Notes: generated by a model not told the origin, from the letters alone. Positions 13,128 to 27,188 are shown, counted from the first letter of the stretch. The stretch is DNA of 64,000 nt from Chlorokybus atmophyticus (GCA_009103225.1 RHPI01001132.1:248001-312000); one strand, 5' to 3'. A program made the numbers and translations.

Positions 13128-13972
13128 CCTTCCCACAGAAAACTACTTGCAGCTAGGTCCCTCTCCTAGCTCTCCCCTCCCCCTCCCCCTGCGCCTCCTT
13201 CCCCTCGTCCTTCTCCTGCTGGTCAACCCTTCAGCCTCACAGCGTCACACTCCCAGATCGCCTTCAATAACGAGAGATCAACAACAACAATACCGATACA
13301 GTGCGGGCGCCTCCACAGACAGCAGCCTCCCCGTCCCCGACACGCACTACGCCAACACCACCGCCGCCGCCGCTGAGTCAGAATCCAGCTGGCAGATTAG
13401 GGTTTTTGATTTGCATGGTGTTTGCTATTTTTCTATTGCTGACATGGCAGAAGCAATTGCGTTGGATTTATTGTATTTTGTGTTATTTCCTGTCGACCAT
13501 GGATTGTGTCGGCGCTGTGCGCGTGTTTGTCGGTGGTCGATGGGCACAGGGCACAACGTGTGAGATGTTTTGCACGTGACTGTTGCGCGCAAGAGAGCAA
13601 GCAAGCAAGCAAGCAACAAGATTGTGTAACTTACACAAACACGTAATAATCATCATCAGGCCAAGGCTGTCTGGTGTGCTTTTGTGCTGTGCGCACATGG
13701 CCGACAGTAGCACAAGCTGAGTTACTTTTTCCTTCAACCTGCTTACTCCTTTGCCAGCATTTGACTGAGTTGATTCAGTGGGGTGGAAGGATGTGCAACG
13801 GCTGTATACTTGAGCGAGGAGGTAGTCCTGGGTCATGATTGTGATGTTGCCCTGTGTTTGGGGCTCGTACTCTGATTCTGTGAGGAGGGGCGGTGGTGGT
13901 GCTGTTGTTGATACAATGTCTTGGGTAATGTGGCGTGAGGGTTGGCAGTGACAGCGGGCGGACATCACAGCT

Positions 13973-16900
13973 ATGGTGTTTGGAGCGCAGGTGCGTGAGC
14001 GCTGATCACAACAACAATTACTTCCTATCTTGTGTTATGTGGTGAGGGGAGGGGGAGTGTGCCGGCAGGCACTGCAAAGCCATGCTATCTCAAGCGCATG
14101 TGCGTTGGTGACGAAACAACACACACGAACGCACGGGCGCGCGCGTGTTTGAGCATGTAGGGTGTCTCGCAAAACACAGATGTCTCAACTGCATGTTCGC
14201 CACACATCCACGTTTCATTAGTACACCTAAAACCAGCATGGAGTATGTCCGTGTCCAGTCCGCTTAGCCCTTCACCGACCATGTTGTGTTGATGCTCAAC
14301 AACACCATTCCCCCACGCATATCCACCACGATACAGGGTGTTCATCCAGAGCCCCGTGGCGCACCCCCTCCACCGCCGCCCACATACACACCTCCCTCCC
14401 CGCCGCGCACGGTGACAAGCACAGGCTCAAAGGCGGTTGCTAACTTGTTGTGGGTGAGTGTGTGTGATCAGGAGACTCAAAGTGCATGTGTGACGTTTAT
14501 CAGGCCAAGACGCCCTCGAGCTTGGAGGCGCAGAGGCTGGTGCCCGCGCAGATACTGCAATGGAGCAGCTACAGAGATAGATGGGTGAGGGGAATCAACC
14601 TGTGGCGCACTGTGTGTGTCCATATCACAACCCACACGACAACAATATTGACTGCGTGTGTGCACGAGCGAACATGTCCGGTCAGTTCACTCACAATGGT
14701 CATTCAATACACTGATTGATGGACGTTATTCAACAATCTGGTCGATAGTTGGATCAGTGATGCGGTGTTGATTCATTGATGATCCCGTCGATCACTCTTG
14801 TTAACTTGATGTTGCTTTGACTCTCTGATTGCAATGTTATATTTCTCTCCCCCTAGTCACTCTTAGCCCTCCTTCTCAACCTACTCGGCTTCGTGGCTCT
14901 GCTTCTATACTCCCGTCTGGTCCTGGACCACCCTTACCAGGCATGCCAGTCACTCTCTCAAGCGAACTTGTGTTGTGTTTGTAACCATGCGACTTTACGT
15001 GCCTCGTGTCGTTGTGCAGTATGTGTGCGAGTACAGGCGACTCAACGATACGCGCGTGTGCGTGCCGGTGAAGGACCCCAAGACGGGAGAGCTGTCCGAG
15101 ACGCTGTATTATCAACTCAAACAGGTGTGTGGAAGACACAAACGCTGTGGGTTGTATCAGTGATGCACAAAGCAACACTCACCCACCCACACGCACGCTC
15201 ACGCGCACGCAGACTCGGGCGGTGTACGTGTACGCGGAGGTGGTCGGTGTCGCCGTGTTTGTATGCGCCGGTTTCATCTACGTGAGTCGTCGTCGGCCCC
15301 ACTCCGCGCTCTACGCCGTCCACACGCTCGCGCAGATCGTGATGTGGGCAGGCACCATCGGTTGCTTCATCAAGAGTGAGTGATCTGCATGTGTGTGTCG
15401 ATGCGTTCAGTGTTGGGCACGTCACTTAGTTTTGCTTGTGTGTGCGCGCGCGTGTGCGTGCGTGCGTGCGTGCGTGCACGTTAGCATTGTTGGGTTGTTC
15501 ACACTTTGTCATGTGTGTGATTGTGTGCGCGTGCAGAGTCGTGGGGTTGGGGGAGTTTGTACCTCGTGTGTGGTGTTGTTCAGGGTGCGTACTTCCTCTT
15601 CGCCCGCAGCCGCCTGCACTCCGCTGAGTGAGTTTGTGTTTGGTGTCACTGCGGGCAGTTTGTATGCAGCCTGTAACACATCATGCAACACATACTCACA
15701 CATGCAGCATACTGCTGGAGGCCTGCATGAAGCTCACAGCCAACTACCGCGGGCTTGTGGCCCTCTCTGTTGGCTGCTCGCTGTTGCAGGTACGCACGCA
15801 CGCACGCACGCACGCACACACACACAGACCTCTTGCTGTTGTTGATCTAACATTTCAGGCTGGGTGGTTCGTGCTGGTCGGTTGGTGTTTTGTGAGCGTT
15901 GGTGGCTCCCTGGGTCGCGCCGTGTCCGCGGGACTCTTCCTCCACCTCCTCTTCACCACACAAGGTACGTGCGCGCGCGTGAGCGTGTGCACGTATGTAT
16001 CAGAGCGCGCATATGCACCCAAATGCATGTGTGCTCACGTGTGTCCATGTGTTGCTGAGCACGAGCGAGTGCGTGCACGTGTACATGTGTATATGCGCGC
16101 ACCCTCGTCTGCGTGCGTGTGCGTGTGTATCTGCACATGTTTGCGTGGGTGTGCGAGCGTGTGCGGGCGTATGTGCGTGTGCGCGTGCATGCACGTATGC
16201 ATGTGCGCACATTGCATGTTTGCTTGCATACGCAGGTGGGTCTGCACGTATGCGCATGTATCTGTGCAAGCGCGTCTCGTGTGCATGCGCTCACACGCAC
16301 ACGTGTCGTATGCACGCTCGTGCGTGCATACGACACTGAGTTGGCGTGTTGGCGTTGCTTGCGTCCACATAGTTGTTGCCTTGCAGCGATGAGGTGCGCT
16401 GCCCACACTGCGGTGGCGGGCGTGGCCGCCGGTTGGTACTACGGCAAGCGCTTCCCTTATCCCGTCGGTCAACCCTTGCTCAAGTGAGAACACAGACACC
16501 ACAACCCACACAATATCAGCACGCTTGTGATCATCATGACGTGTATATGTGGTATGCACACGCAGAGCGATGACCAACTCTCTCGGCTCGATGGCGTTGG
16601 GTTCGGTGCTCGTGCCAGCCGCAAGGCTCATCGAGCTTCTGAGCATCTTCACAAGGTGTGGAGTGTGCTACCAACATGCTGTTGTGTTGTTGTTGTGTTG
16701 GTACACAGTGTATCACGTGCGTGCATCACATCAGGTTGGGGAGGAGGCAGGGAGGGCTGTTCGAGTACCTCTCCCTGTTGGTGGATAAGTACGTCACGCG
16801 CAACGCCAACGTGTTCGGCTTCGCCCACGTGGCCGTGTATGGCCGGGGGTTTGTTGCGGCGTCGAGAGGGGCGCATGGACTCCTGACAGATGCTGGCATG

Positions 16901-18190
16901 CGTGAGTGATGTGGGTGTGGGTGTGTGCGCACATGTACAGATACACACGTGCACAAACGTTCGAATGCACACATGCATACACGCAGGCACGCAGGTCCAA
17001 GCCTGCGCGCACATGCGCAACATACACACATATGCACATGTACACGAGCACATGCAAGTGTGTGCACAACGAGCGGATTGGCGTCACTGTTGTACAGAAG
17101 GTGCGATGGTTGATGGGATGATTGAGGTGGCCATTGCTGTCGGGAGCATCGTTGTGGGGCTGGCGACAGCTGGCATCAGGTCGGTAAAGACTTTGTTGTT
17201 GCTGCTGCTGCTGCTGATGTTGTCAATGATACGCGCACAACCTCAATGTTGGGTTTGTGTGCCTGAGCTGTCATGCTGCAGCTGGGTGATAGCACACTTT
17301 ACCGTGGACAAGCAGCGGTTCAATGGCAGCCTTCTGGTTCCCATAGTGCTGCCTTGCTTTGTACTAGGCTTCATATCAGGTAAATTGCACACTGGATTGC
17401 CGGAGTGCATGTGCGTTTTGCAACACGCATGTACACACGCACATACATGCACGGTCACGCACAAACATGTGCACAAGCACTTGCACGCACATATACACGC
17501 ATGCGCGTGCGTGTGCGTTCATGTGCGTGCGTATGCAAGCACACGTACACCCACACATGCACCTGGACACACGCTTGCACGCATGCCCACACGTGCGCAA
17601 ATGTGCTCAGGGGTATCCATGTTGGAGGTTCTCCAGAGCATCATCACGACCATATACGTGTGCTTTGCGGAGGAGCCCCAAGTGTTGGAAGCCACAGACA
17701 AGGTGAGATACAACAGTACTACGCTCTTGTGACACAACTCACCACTCTCATTCACACGCAGGTGTTGTACATGGACTTGATGGACGTATGGTACGCCGCG
17801 CAAGAGAGCGAGTCCGAGCAGGAGTCTTCCGATGAAGACAACAACAACGACAACAACAACAACAACAATGACCACATGTCTGATGCGAGCGTGTCCGACA
17901 TAAGCGACGATGAAGAGGGTCCCAACAATGGCGTGACCAAGACGGGTGGCAAGCGTGTGGACAACAACCGACGCAGCGTGTTCAACAGTACTGCAGTTAC
18001 AAATGGTGGCAACAACAGCAACAGCAACAACAGCAGCAATGTTGGGGATGAGCAAAGAGTGGGTAGTGCGAGGAAGAAGAAGAGAAGGAAGGGCACAGAG
18101 AAGATACGTAAGGACATGAGTGGACTCGTGCCTGAACGCAGCCCGCCGCAGACTGCCTCGGGCGTGCGCCGCGATGCCATGTTGTTATAG
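13973..18190 (+). CDS. Choline transporter-like (CTL/PNS1 family) multi-pass membrane protein
   Basis: Many short exons encode YRDRW-SLLALLLNLLGFVALLLY, TAVAGVAAGWYY, RAMTNSLGSMALGSVLV, NANVFGFAHVAVYGRGFVAASR and SIITTIYVCFAEEP. The stop is TAG at 18188-18190. The start codon is tentative. Confidence 0.82.
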
Positions 18191-18839
18191 CATTGTTGGC
18201 TCCTTTTAACTTGTATATGCCACTACTATTCATGACGCCTACCAGCTAGCAGATGTGCAGGAATCCTTGCTCTCACGCAAATGCGTGTGCACACGTGCAT
18301 GTGCGTGTCTGTATGCTGAACAGCTGCTTACTGCCGCTTACAACCACCTTTCTTCCATTGTCGCTATGGCCCCTCTTTTTGTAACAGCAAGCAGTGACAC
18401 ATACACGCATACCACATGCATATGCACACGCAGATGTTTGTCTGTATGTGTACCATACATATGAGTGTATACAACGATGGTGTGCTGCACGCAAGGATGT
18501 CATGCACAAAGATATGCGTAAGATAGTGTACACATGCACCTTAACTCTAACTCGTGTAGTATGGTGCACCATGGGCACACATCACAACTTGTTGCGATTG
18601 CAATGTGCATACTTGCGCATGCCATCAACTGCATTACACAAGAAGCAATGACTCCAAACCAATACAAGCTTCGCTTTGCTGTTTTGAAAGCTGTTGTGTC
18701 CAAAGGCACTTGCAACATGTGCAGCAGCAGATAACGGACATGGAGCGCAATGGTGTGTCTGAGTTGACAGTGAGACACACTGTCCACGCGCAAGGGGAAT
18801 CACACAACTGGAAGCCATACGTTGACTCACAAACAACAT

Positions 18840-19669
18840 TCAAGCAGCGAGTATGCTAGGTGTGAACGACGCAGTGAGCACGGGCTGCAGCATGCCTTGC
18901 AGCGCCTGCAGCGCGTGCTGCAACTTCACCTCCAGCTTTATGCGCTCCGCGAGCAACAACAACTGGCACACGCAACATGTGAGATGATTGAAGTGCGGAA
19001 CAAATGGACAGTGCACACATGGACTGACGCGCATGCGCATGCATGCATATGTACACGCGCACGCACGCGTGTGCGTGTGCGCACTCGCACACCAGCGCGC
19101 ACGCATGCACACAACCATCTACCTTGGCATCGACGTCTTCTGACCCCTGTGAACCGGCGATAGGCGTGTATATGTCAAGCACAAGATGCGATACGCCGAT
19201 CAGAAGTCTCGCATATCGTGGCTTTGTCACGTGCCTGCCATGGTTAGCAAACATGCGCATAAGCCTGTTTACACGTTGTGTGTGAGCAGCTGTGCAGTGC
19301 AAAAACAACTGATGTCATGCAGAGTTCAGCGAGCAGTAGAGTAGACATGTTGTGCTTACTTGCACAGAAACGAAAGCAGCAACAACAGTCCCGTGTTGTC
19401 CCGCCCGCTGATCGCCCCTCTCAACCCGCCTCGCGCGCACAACTCTTCAAACACTGTCATCACAACCTGCAGTAAAGACCATAAGTCCTGGGACTAGTTC
19501 TGAGACAAACTGTGCGCGCAATCGCATGCATACCTCCACACGCCCTGTCCGCAGCGCAGCGTTCAGCGCGTCCCCATATCGAAACGCCTTCAACAAGTGA
19601 TCGTGCTGAGCGAGATGAGCTTTCCTCCTCTTCAAGACCTTGAAGTCATCCTCAGCAGCCTGCATGGGT

Positions 19670-19726
<57 letters not shown>

Positions 19727-22634
19727 TCAAAGGCGAGTCAACAGGAGCCCGCTCACGCAAGCACACACGCTCTCACACGCACGCAGGCGCAGACATGCAC
19801 ACATGCACGCATGCGGGCGTGCATGTCGACATGTCTGTCACACGCGTACGCACGCATGCATACACACCCACACCCACACGCACAACGATTGCCCCACTGC
19901 ATGCTTAGAAAACATGACACAAATTCAACCCAACCCAATCCAACCCAACCTTCTCAGTTGCTCCTCGCATGAAGTACCGATACGCTCCTTGCCTCATGCT
20001 TCGTGCGGGTCGTGGAGCGACTCTTCCGGCACTCTCCTTCGGCAGGGTTGCGATCGAGCGCGGGGGCGGCCGCTTGCGCACCGAAAGCATCCCGTCCGCC
20101 ATGCCCACCGCGAGAAGCGTGCTGTCGGGAGACAAACCCATCGACAAGATCGGCGCCGAGTAGCGCATCGCGTGCGTGACCTGTGGGTAAGAAGAATGTG
20201 TCAGCCGATGCGGGCAACTCACACGTGGGGTGCTTGGAAGTGCACACATGCACGTGTGCACGCATGAGCGCACGCTTGCAAACACACATGAGCGCGCACA
20301 CGCACACATTTGCATGCACACATGCATATGTGCACACGCTCTCTGCGAAACTGCACGCACATGCAAGCGTGCACGCACCTTGTAATGGTCAATATCATAC
20401 ACTTTGACATGTCCGTCCAGTGATGCAGACAGCATGCGCGGTGCAGCGCGCTCAAGCACCGAGCTCGCGGTGTTGGGTGCGATGTGGACTTGTGTGATTG
20501 TCTTCTGATGGTGGCTGACTCTGCGCAGCAGCTTGCCCCCAACTACGTCCCATATTGACAGGTAGTTCCCGCCTGCAGCCATCCAAAAAAATGACTTGTG
20601 CACTGTTGCATAGCCAATACGACAACACAACACGTACAAACACAAACACTCACACATGCGTGTGTGCGTGTGTCCGTCTGCGCATGCGCACACTCACACA
20701 CTCACAAATATACTCCTAGGCGCAAGTGTGTGCACACGCGCGCGTGCGCAAGTGTACACTATTGAGAGTGTACATGAGCACACATACGCACACGCTAGTC
20801 GTGTGCGCTTGTGTGCATACTCTCATGTACATTCTCAACAATGCACACTTGCGCACGCTCCCGTGTACGCACCCACATGCGCTTGCTCGTGTCCACGCAC
20901 CTGCCGAGACAAGGAGTCCACCCGACGGGAAGAAGGCCACATCTTCGACAGGCTGCCCGTGCGGGAGCTCCAACACGGCCTTGGCCGAGCGCAGGTCCCA
21001 CAGCTTCGCCGTGTGATCGTACGAGCCCGTGGCCCACACGTCCGCGTTGGTCGGGTGCGCGGCCCCGCTGCGGACGTAATCTGTGTGGCCTGTCATTCGC
21101 AACACCTGAACGCGAGATGTGAAGGTCGAATGTGGGTTTGCGTGCTTGTGATGAGTACAAGACAGGACGTACCATGCTTTGGGCTGGCACGTCCCACCAT
21201 CGCACGGTGGAGTCGTCTGAACCCGACAGTATGTGGACTTTGTCTGAACCATACCTGCATGGCACTCGCGCTGTCTGTAATGCAATAGTTTACGCGAACA
21301 AAGGACCACCTACGCGCATGACCAGACGCATATATGGATGGACGAAGGGTCTGTAGCGTAAAGGAGGGTGGGTTACTGCTGGGGGAGTGGGTGTGCGCAT
21401 ACACACACTCAGTCAAAACACACACTCACTGCATGCGTGCGTGTGTGGGTGTGGGGTCAAGTTAGGTGGGCGTGTGCGCGCATAACCACGCTCACAGTAG
21501 TGTAAGTGCGTCCGCGTGTGTGAGTGACCGCTTACTGACTCCACACAGTTGCTTGGCCACGCCAAGCACAACACCAACTCATACCTGGTCAAGTGCACCG
21601 GCCGATTGTGTCCTTTAAGCCTTCGCAGCACGTCTCGGCTGGCAACATCAAACACGGACACGTCTCCCGTCTCCCCTCCGGCAACGAGGAGTTGCCCGTC
21701 CCCCCTGAACGACCCGCTGTACGCAATGTCATGGAAGCGCGCGATGGTACGCCTCACCTCGCGAGTGGACGCATCGAATATCCTCACCTGGATGAGAGAG
21801 TGTGTGTGTGTGTGTGTGTTAAGAAAGCATATGCGGGTTGGATTTGCACATGTGCAAGGTGGTGGAGCTTGTGCGCACCCGCGAGGAGGAAGTCACGGCA
21901 AAGTGGTGCGGCTCGACCGGGGAGAAGTCTATGTGCGTGACAGGCTTTTCCTGCATAACAATGACAGATCAATCAACAACATTCCAGTGGCATCAAGTGT
22001 TGGTGACCAATCTTAAATAAATGCGATACGCTGATTGCTAAGAGAGACAGGCTAAGCAGCGCTCATGCATGCTTTCTCCTCACACGTTCATGCACACATG
22101 CACAGTAGCACTGAGACCATGGTGGGGAGCGACCAGCCTTATCCAATGCGTTGGGCAATGTGTACTTACTACGTGACCTGTCAACACCATCATCATCTAC
22201 AAGCCCAAAACCAGAAGCTGTTGAAGCTGGCAATAGGTCCAATACTTACTCTAGCGACACGTGTCCATGCACCTGATTTCTTGGCGACGTATTTTCACTG
22301 CTGATGCAGACTGCTTGCTTAATTGAGTGACACAATGACTGAAGCTCGAACAACATTGCTACTGTCTTACAGCATTTGGCATGCTTGCAGGCAGCAGTGC
22401 TAAAGTATCCACAGCGTGAGTGACATGCACCGATTGGCAGCAAACATTCACACAGCTTCCTTGTAATTGCTCAACACTTTCTTTTTATTGATTGTGAGTC
22501 ACATCCAAGCACACACTGACTTGGTTGTGGGAGACAGGTGCTTTGAAGCTACGCCAAAACTTGCCCTCGGCTGTCTCTCTGGCGCTGCTCGCAGGGTACT
22601 GCTTGATCCGCAGAGGCTTGTACTCCCCCGCCAT
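18840..22634 (-). CDS. UTP15: U3 snoRNA-associated protein 15 (WD40 + UTP15_C)
   Basis: Exon 1 (22634-22521) is MAGEYKPLRIKQYPASSARETAEGKFWRSFKAP. It is followed by PVTHIDFSP, FHDIAYSGSFRGDGQLLVAGGETG, GHTDYVRS, ATGSYDHTAKLWDLR, HHQKTIT, RMLSASLDGHVKVYD and LKAFRYGDALNAAL, with stop TGA at 18840. Confidence 0.95.
19671..19724. repeat. (CA)27 microsatellite in a UTP15 intron
   Basis: Perfect CA run. Confidence 0.9.
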
Positions 22635-23004
22635 GTACCCCCTTGCAGCTACCTACTACACCGGTGAGCCATGCAAACCCAGGGCACAAGCTCATGAACA
22701 ATTCCCCGCCGACACCGACGACCACACCGCCGCCGCCTCCAACACCGCCGCCGCCGCCGCCGCCGCCGCCGTGAGGCGGAATTCGTTGTCTACTCTGCGA
22801 TATCCAACCCGCTGCGTAGGGCACGGCAGTGATATAACGTCTGCCTTGCAACACCAACGGCGATATCAAATCGTGGTTGAAGCGGCGGCGGCGGTGGCGG
22901 CGGCGGCGGCGGTGCGGTTGTGGAGGAGTGTACGGGTGGGCGGCGCGGGTATGGGGGTGTGTCTCAAGGAGCTGTAGAAGGATTTTCTGTCAAACCTCAG
23001 CCCC
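22635..23004. promoter_or_regulatory. Putative bidirectional promoter shared by UTP15 and WDR43/UTP5
   Basis: 370 bp separate the divergent ATGs. A (CCG)n tract at about 22726-22771 and a (GCG)n tract at about 22882-22911 are mirror images flanking a core with two GCGATATC motifs (about 22797 and 22861). Confidence 0.6.
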
Positions 23005-26000
23005 ATGGCGGCTGCGCCGCCTCTGCGGGGAGTGCTGGCAGCTTTCAACCCTGAAGGCGACAGCTTTGCCCTCAGCACTGGCGACGGCAGAGTAAAGGTG
23101 TGTTTTGGTTTGTTGTACATAGCTTCCGTCGGCTTGCAACAATGACGTACACGTACAATGGTGTGCAAGTAATTGTGTAGAAATGCACTTTGCTGAGCTG
23201 ATTTCAGGCTGGAATCACAGTATTGATTGGTGTGCTGCCGCACCAGTGAGTGGCGCATGCTGGACATGCTGCCTGTCTTCTTGACTGTATGTCTCAGTAG
23301 ACAGCTGATTGGTGCTACTGCATGCAGCACGCTTTGCCAGATTTATTGTTGATAGAGTAGCTGCTCTTACTGTGTTAACTTCATTCTTAGCGACAGGCTT
23401 GCTTTCTCTTTGCTTTCTTCTTTCTTTCCTCTCGTCACTTCTCACGCAATCTGCCACTCCGTTGTCTCAAGTGAAGTCTGTCTTGTCTCGTGCTTTGCAC
23501 ATGCTCACCTTTCAAGCAACGCACAAAGAAAGCATGGCACACTTGCCAGTGACTAGGCACTTGTGTGAGGTGATGTAGACTTGATGGTTCTACTCTTGCA
23601 GCTGCAACACACACTTGCTACTGACATGTTGTTTGTGCGTGTGTGTGCAGACTTGGGATGTGGGCACGGGGCGGTTGGGCGGGCAGTTTTCAGATGTGGG
23701 GAGCACACCGGCGGGACCGTCTGATCGAACGCCGGACGCCGCCGCTGCGTCTAATGGACACCTCACCGCGCAGTACACGGCGCTAGCGTGGGGGCCACGA
23801 GAGGCGCCGACCGGCTCCGCACAAAAGGTACGAGTAAAGGCCAGAGTTGTTGTGGTCATCGTTGTGGTTGTATTGTACACTTGACTTGTATTCCGTTCAT
23901 GCTGCATCCCTTACATCCACAATGTTGCATTCGTTACATTCATGCCAGCAATGTGGCCTTTGCAATGCATGTTTGCAAATTCGGTCTGGACGAGAGTCTA
24001 CATCTGTATGATGAGGTTGCGTTTGGACGCATGCATGCGTGTGCGTGTATTCATGCACTTGCGCGTGTGCGTGTGCGCGTGCGTGTCTAGCACTGGCGAG
24101 GCAGGTCACATGTTTACACATGTCCTCCTCGTATCATCAGGGCAAGCGTGCTGGCGTTGGAAAATCTCTAATTGTGGCGGGGTCCGGGTCTGGGGAGCTT
24201 GTGGCGTGGGATGCGGCGCTTGGGGAGCTGCGATGGCGCACGGTTGCCGCACACACTGGGTATGACTTCTCTAAATCACATGCTGTGTGTGTGCGCGCGC
24301 TCACATACATGCGCGCACTTGCATCAGCGCGTGGATGCGTGAGCGTGTTTTTGTTTGTGGGAGTTGGTTGTTGTGGTTTTGTATGTGTTTGCTTGCTTGT
24401 TGTCTGCAACTCATACACACGCGCACATGCGTGCAGTGCTGTGGCGTCCATCACTTTTGCCCCCGGCGGCGGCAGCATCTTTACTGCGGGTGCCGACGGG
24501 CAGGTGGCCGAGTGGGAGACGCGCAATGGGGAGCTGCTTGGCAAGCTGGACGCCGGTCAACACGCTCTGAGTGCAGTGGCCGTGTCACCTGGTGAGACAC
24601 GACTTTGAAGCCACAACTCACCTGGACGGCGGTTGCAAGAGAGAGAAGTCTTTGTGGAGCTTCACTTGTTGAGTACTTACTTCTCATGGTGTGTAGATGG
24701 GAGCCGTTTGGTAGCCGGGAGTTCAAGTATCAAAGTGTTTGACCTCGCTAGCAAGCAGCGGTTGCGCAAGTTACCAGGCCACGCGGTAGGGACGCACGCA
24801 CACGCATATGTTCACACATGCACACATGGGTGCGCACACACACGCTTATACACACTTGCACGCGCACACAGGTATGCACACACATGCAGACATGCATGGT
24901 CTCATTACATGCGCGTGTTGCAGGCGCCGGTATCGGCGCTGGCATTTGCTGGTAATGGCCGTTTTGTGCTGTCGGCAAGTTCGGGCGAGAGCACCGTGGC
25001 CATGTGGGACACGGAAGGCCGCAAGAAGGCCGGCGCGACCACCGTGCTGAACCTCCCTCACCCCGCCGTGCAGCTGGCCGGCCTGGACTACAAGGGCGGG
25101 TTTGCCGTGTTGGCTCTCACAGAACAAGGAGCTGGCTTTGTGTGGCGATGCGATGACTCGGGTCGGTGCCTCAATGATGAGCCCTTCCAAGTCAGGTAAG
25201 GCAATTAAAATCAGAGACACATGCACAGAGAGACACGCGCGCACACACAGGCGCACACACGTACATGCATATGTATGCGCATATGCACGCGCGCACACAT
25301 GCGCGCGCATGCATATACAGATGCGAGTCATTGCCTTGTTGGCTTACTGGTAGCTGTGTGCACCAGTGTTGGCAGCAGCAAGAAGGGGAAGGCAACCACT
25401 GAGATGTTGTTGGCGGCACGACCCATTGCGGGGACTGCCGGGGAGTCGGGCGATGTGGACTTGATGGTTGTGCGCGGCGTCACGGCAAAGCCACATTTTG
25501 AGCGCGTAACAGTCGGTGAGCCCGGCAGCAAGGCAGTGTTGCCACCAATCAGCAAAGGCGTGTTGCTCTCGTCGCCCTATGTTGCTCAGCCGCAAGCAAC
25601 CACATCGGGAGCAAACGGACTCGTGGCCGTGCTCGGAGCCGATAACGCTGCGGAAGCCACATTACTGCGTCCTGCATTAAACCCAACAACAACATCTTCA
25701 GCATCACAAAACTCATCCAAGGTACACGCAAGACATGACCAGTGTTGGGTAATATGTGCATGTGGGCCCAACGCATGTTGGGTTGTTGCTCACCAACGCG
25801 TGGTGTGCAGAGGAGTAAGCGCGGGCGAGAAGTAGAAGTAGGAGAACAGCCCGAGGTTGCCGTTGAACCAGAGAATGGCGTGTTGGATGTTGTGGGTGCA
25901 GAGTCGATGGAGGAAGAGGAGTTGGATAATGATGGTGAGATTGAGGAAGAGGGCGCCCCGAGGAGAAGCGAGCTCACGCTCGGCCAAAGGCTGGAGGAAC

Positions 26001-27188
26001 TCGCTATAAGAGAACCTCGCGGGAATGGCGAGAGACAGGCGCCGCCACGTGCTGACTCCATTTTGGTTCGTGTTTGTCGTTGTTGTGTGTGTCACACGTT
26101 GCAGCCCTGTGTGTTGGAGCTCCATTTGATGCACTGATAAAGCAATACACCAGCATTGACATCCCCCTGTGCTCCTGTACAGGTCTTACTACGCCAAGCA
26201 CTGCATGCAAATGACAAGATGCAAATTGAAAAGTGCCTTGAGCAGAGCGATGAGACGGTAGGCACATTGCTATGTGATAATGTTGTTGTCGCTGTTGTTG
26301 CTGTTGTTGTCATTGTGCTGGTGGCTGTGATTGTTGTGGCATGTAATATTGAGGGTCACGGAGATTTATACTGAGTGTGGTACATATGTAGATCATCAAC
26401 AATACTCTTCGGGAGTTGCAACCGGCAGAGGCAGCACGGTTTCTCTCCGTAGCCGTTGAGAAGTTCCATTCGCGGCCGAACCGCGGAGCTGAGCTGTGCC
26501 CGTGGGTCCGCGCGGCTGTCCTCCTCCACGCGCCGTACCTGATGTCCGCTCCCGACGCACAACGCACACTCACAGACCTCTTCGCTATCATTGACGCACG
26601 CGTGAAGGTGTACAAGCCACTGTTGGCTCTCTCTGGACGTCTGGACCTGCTCATGGCACAGGTACATTGAGCAATACGCATGCACACGCGCACAACGCAC
26701 GCTGATGTCTGAAACCTTGCACCCTGCATGTTGGTAGTTACGTAGTCAGGGATATTCATATAGTGCCATAACACTGAGCATACTCAACATACTCTAGTGA
26801 ATTTGTACGTCTGTTGTCCATTTAAGTAGTCATTGAGGGTCATTGTTAATGTTTTGAGACATGTATCCATGTTGATGTCAGCATTCACATGGTGGTTACG
26901 GTCTACTGCATTGATGGCACATCACGTTGTGCTCACGATAGCGCATTCTTGTAGATACGACTGAGGAGAAGCAGCGGGCAGCCGGACGCCATGCGGCGCG
27001 CAGACGTGAGCGCGGCGTACGTGTATGAAGAGTCGGACGACGAGGCGGTTGCAGTGGAGGATGTGGCGGGGGCGGATGAAGACGGCGCCAGTGACGGGGA
27101 ACAGATGGAGGATGAGGGGTGGGAGACAGATGAAGAGGGTGGGGAGGAGGATGGTGGAGAGGAGGCTTCTGAGGACGAAGAAGAGTAG
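23005..27188 (+). CDS. WDR43: WD repeat-containing protein 43 / UTP5
   Basis: MAAAPPLRGVLAAFNPEGDSFALSTGDGRVK|TWDVGTG, followed by WD40 exons. The C-terminal Utp12-like domain reads LLRQALHANDKMQIEKCL..., WVRAVLLLHAPYLMS and YKPLLALSGRLDLLMAQ, ending in an acidic tail and TAG at 27188. Confidence 0.9.

Noticed and set aside
22525-22977. Plus-strand ORF resembling a small membrane protein
   Set aside because: It is antisense to UTP15 exon 1 and its promoter; the minus frame gives the clear UTP15 N-terminus.
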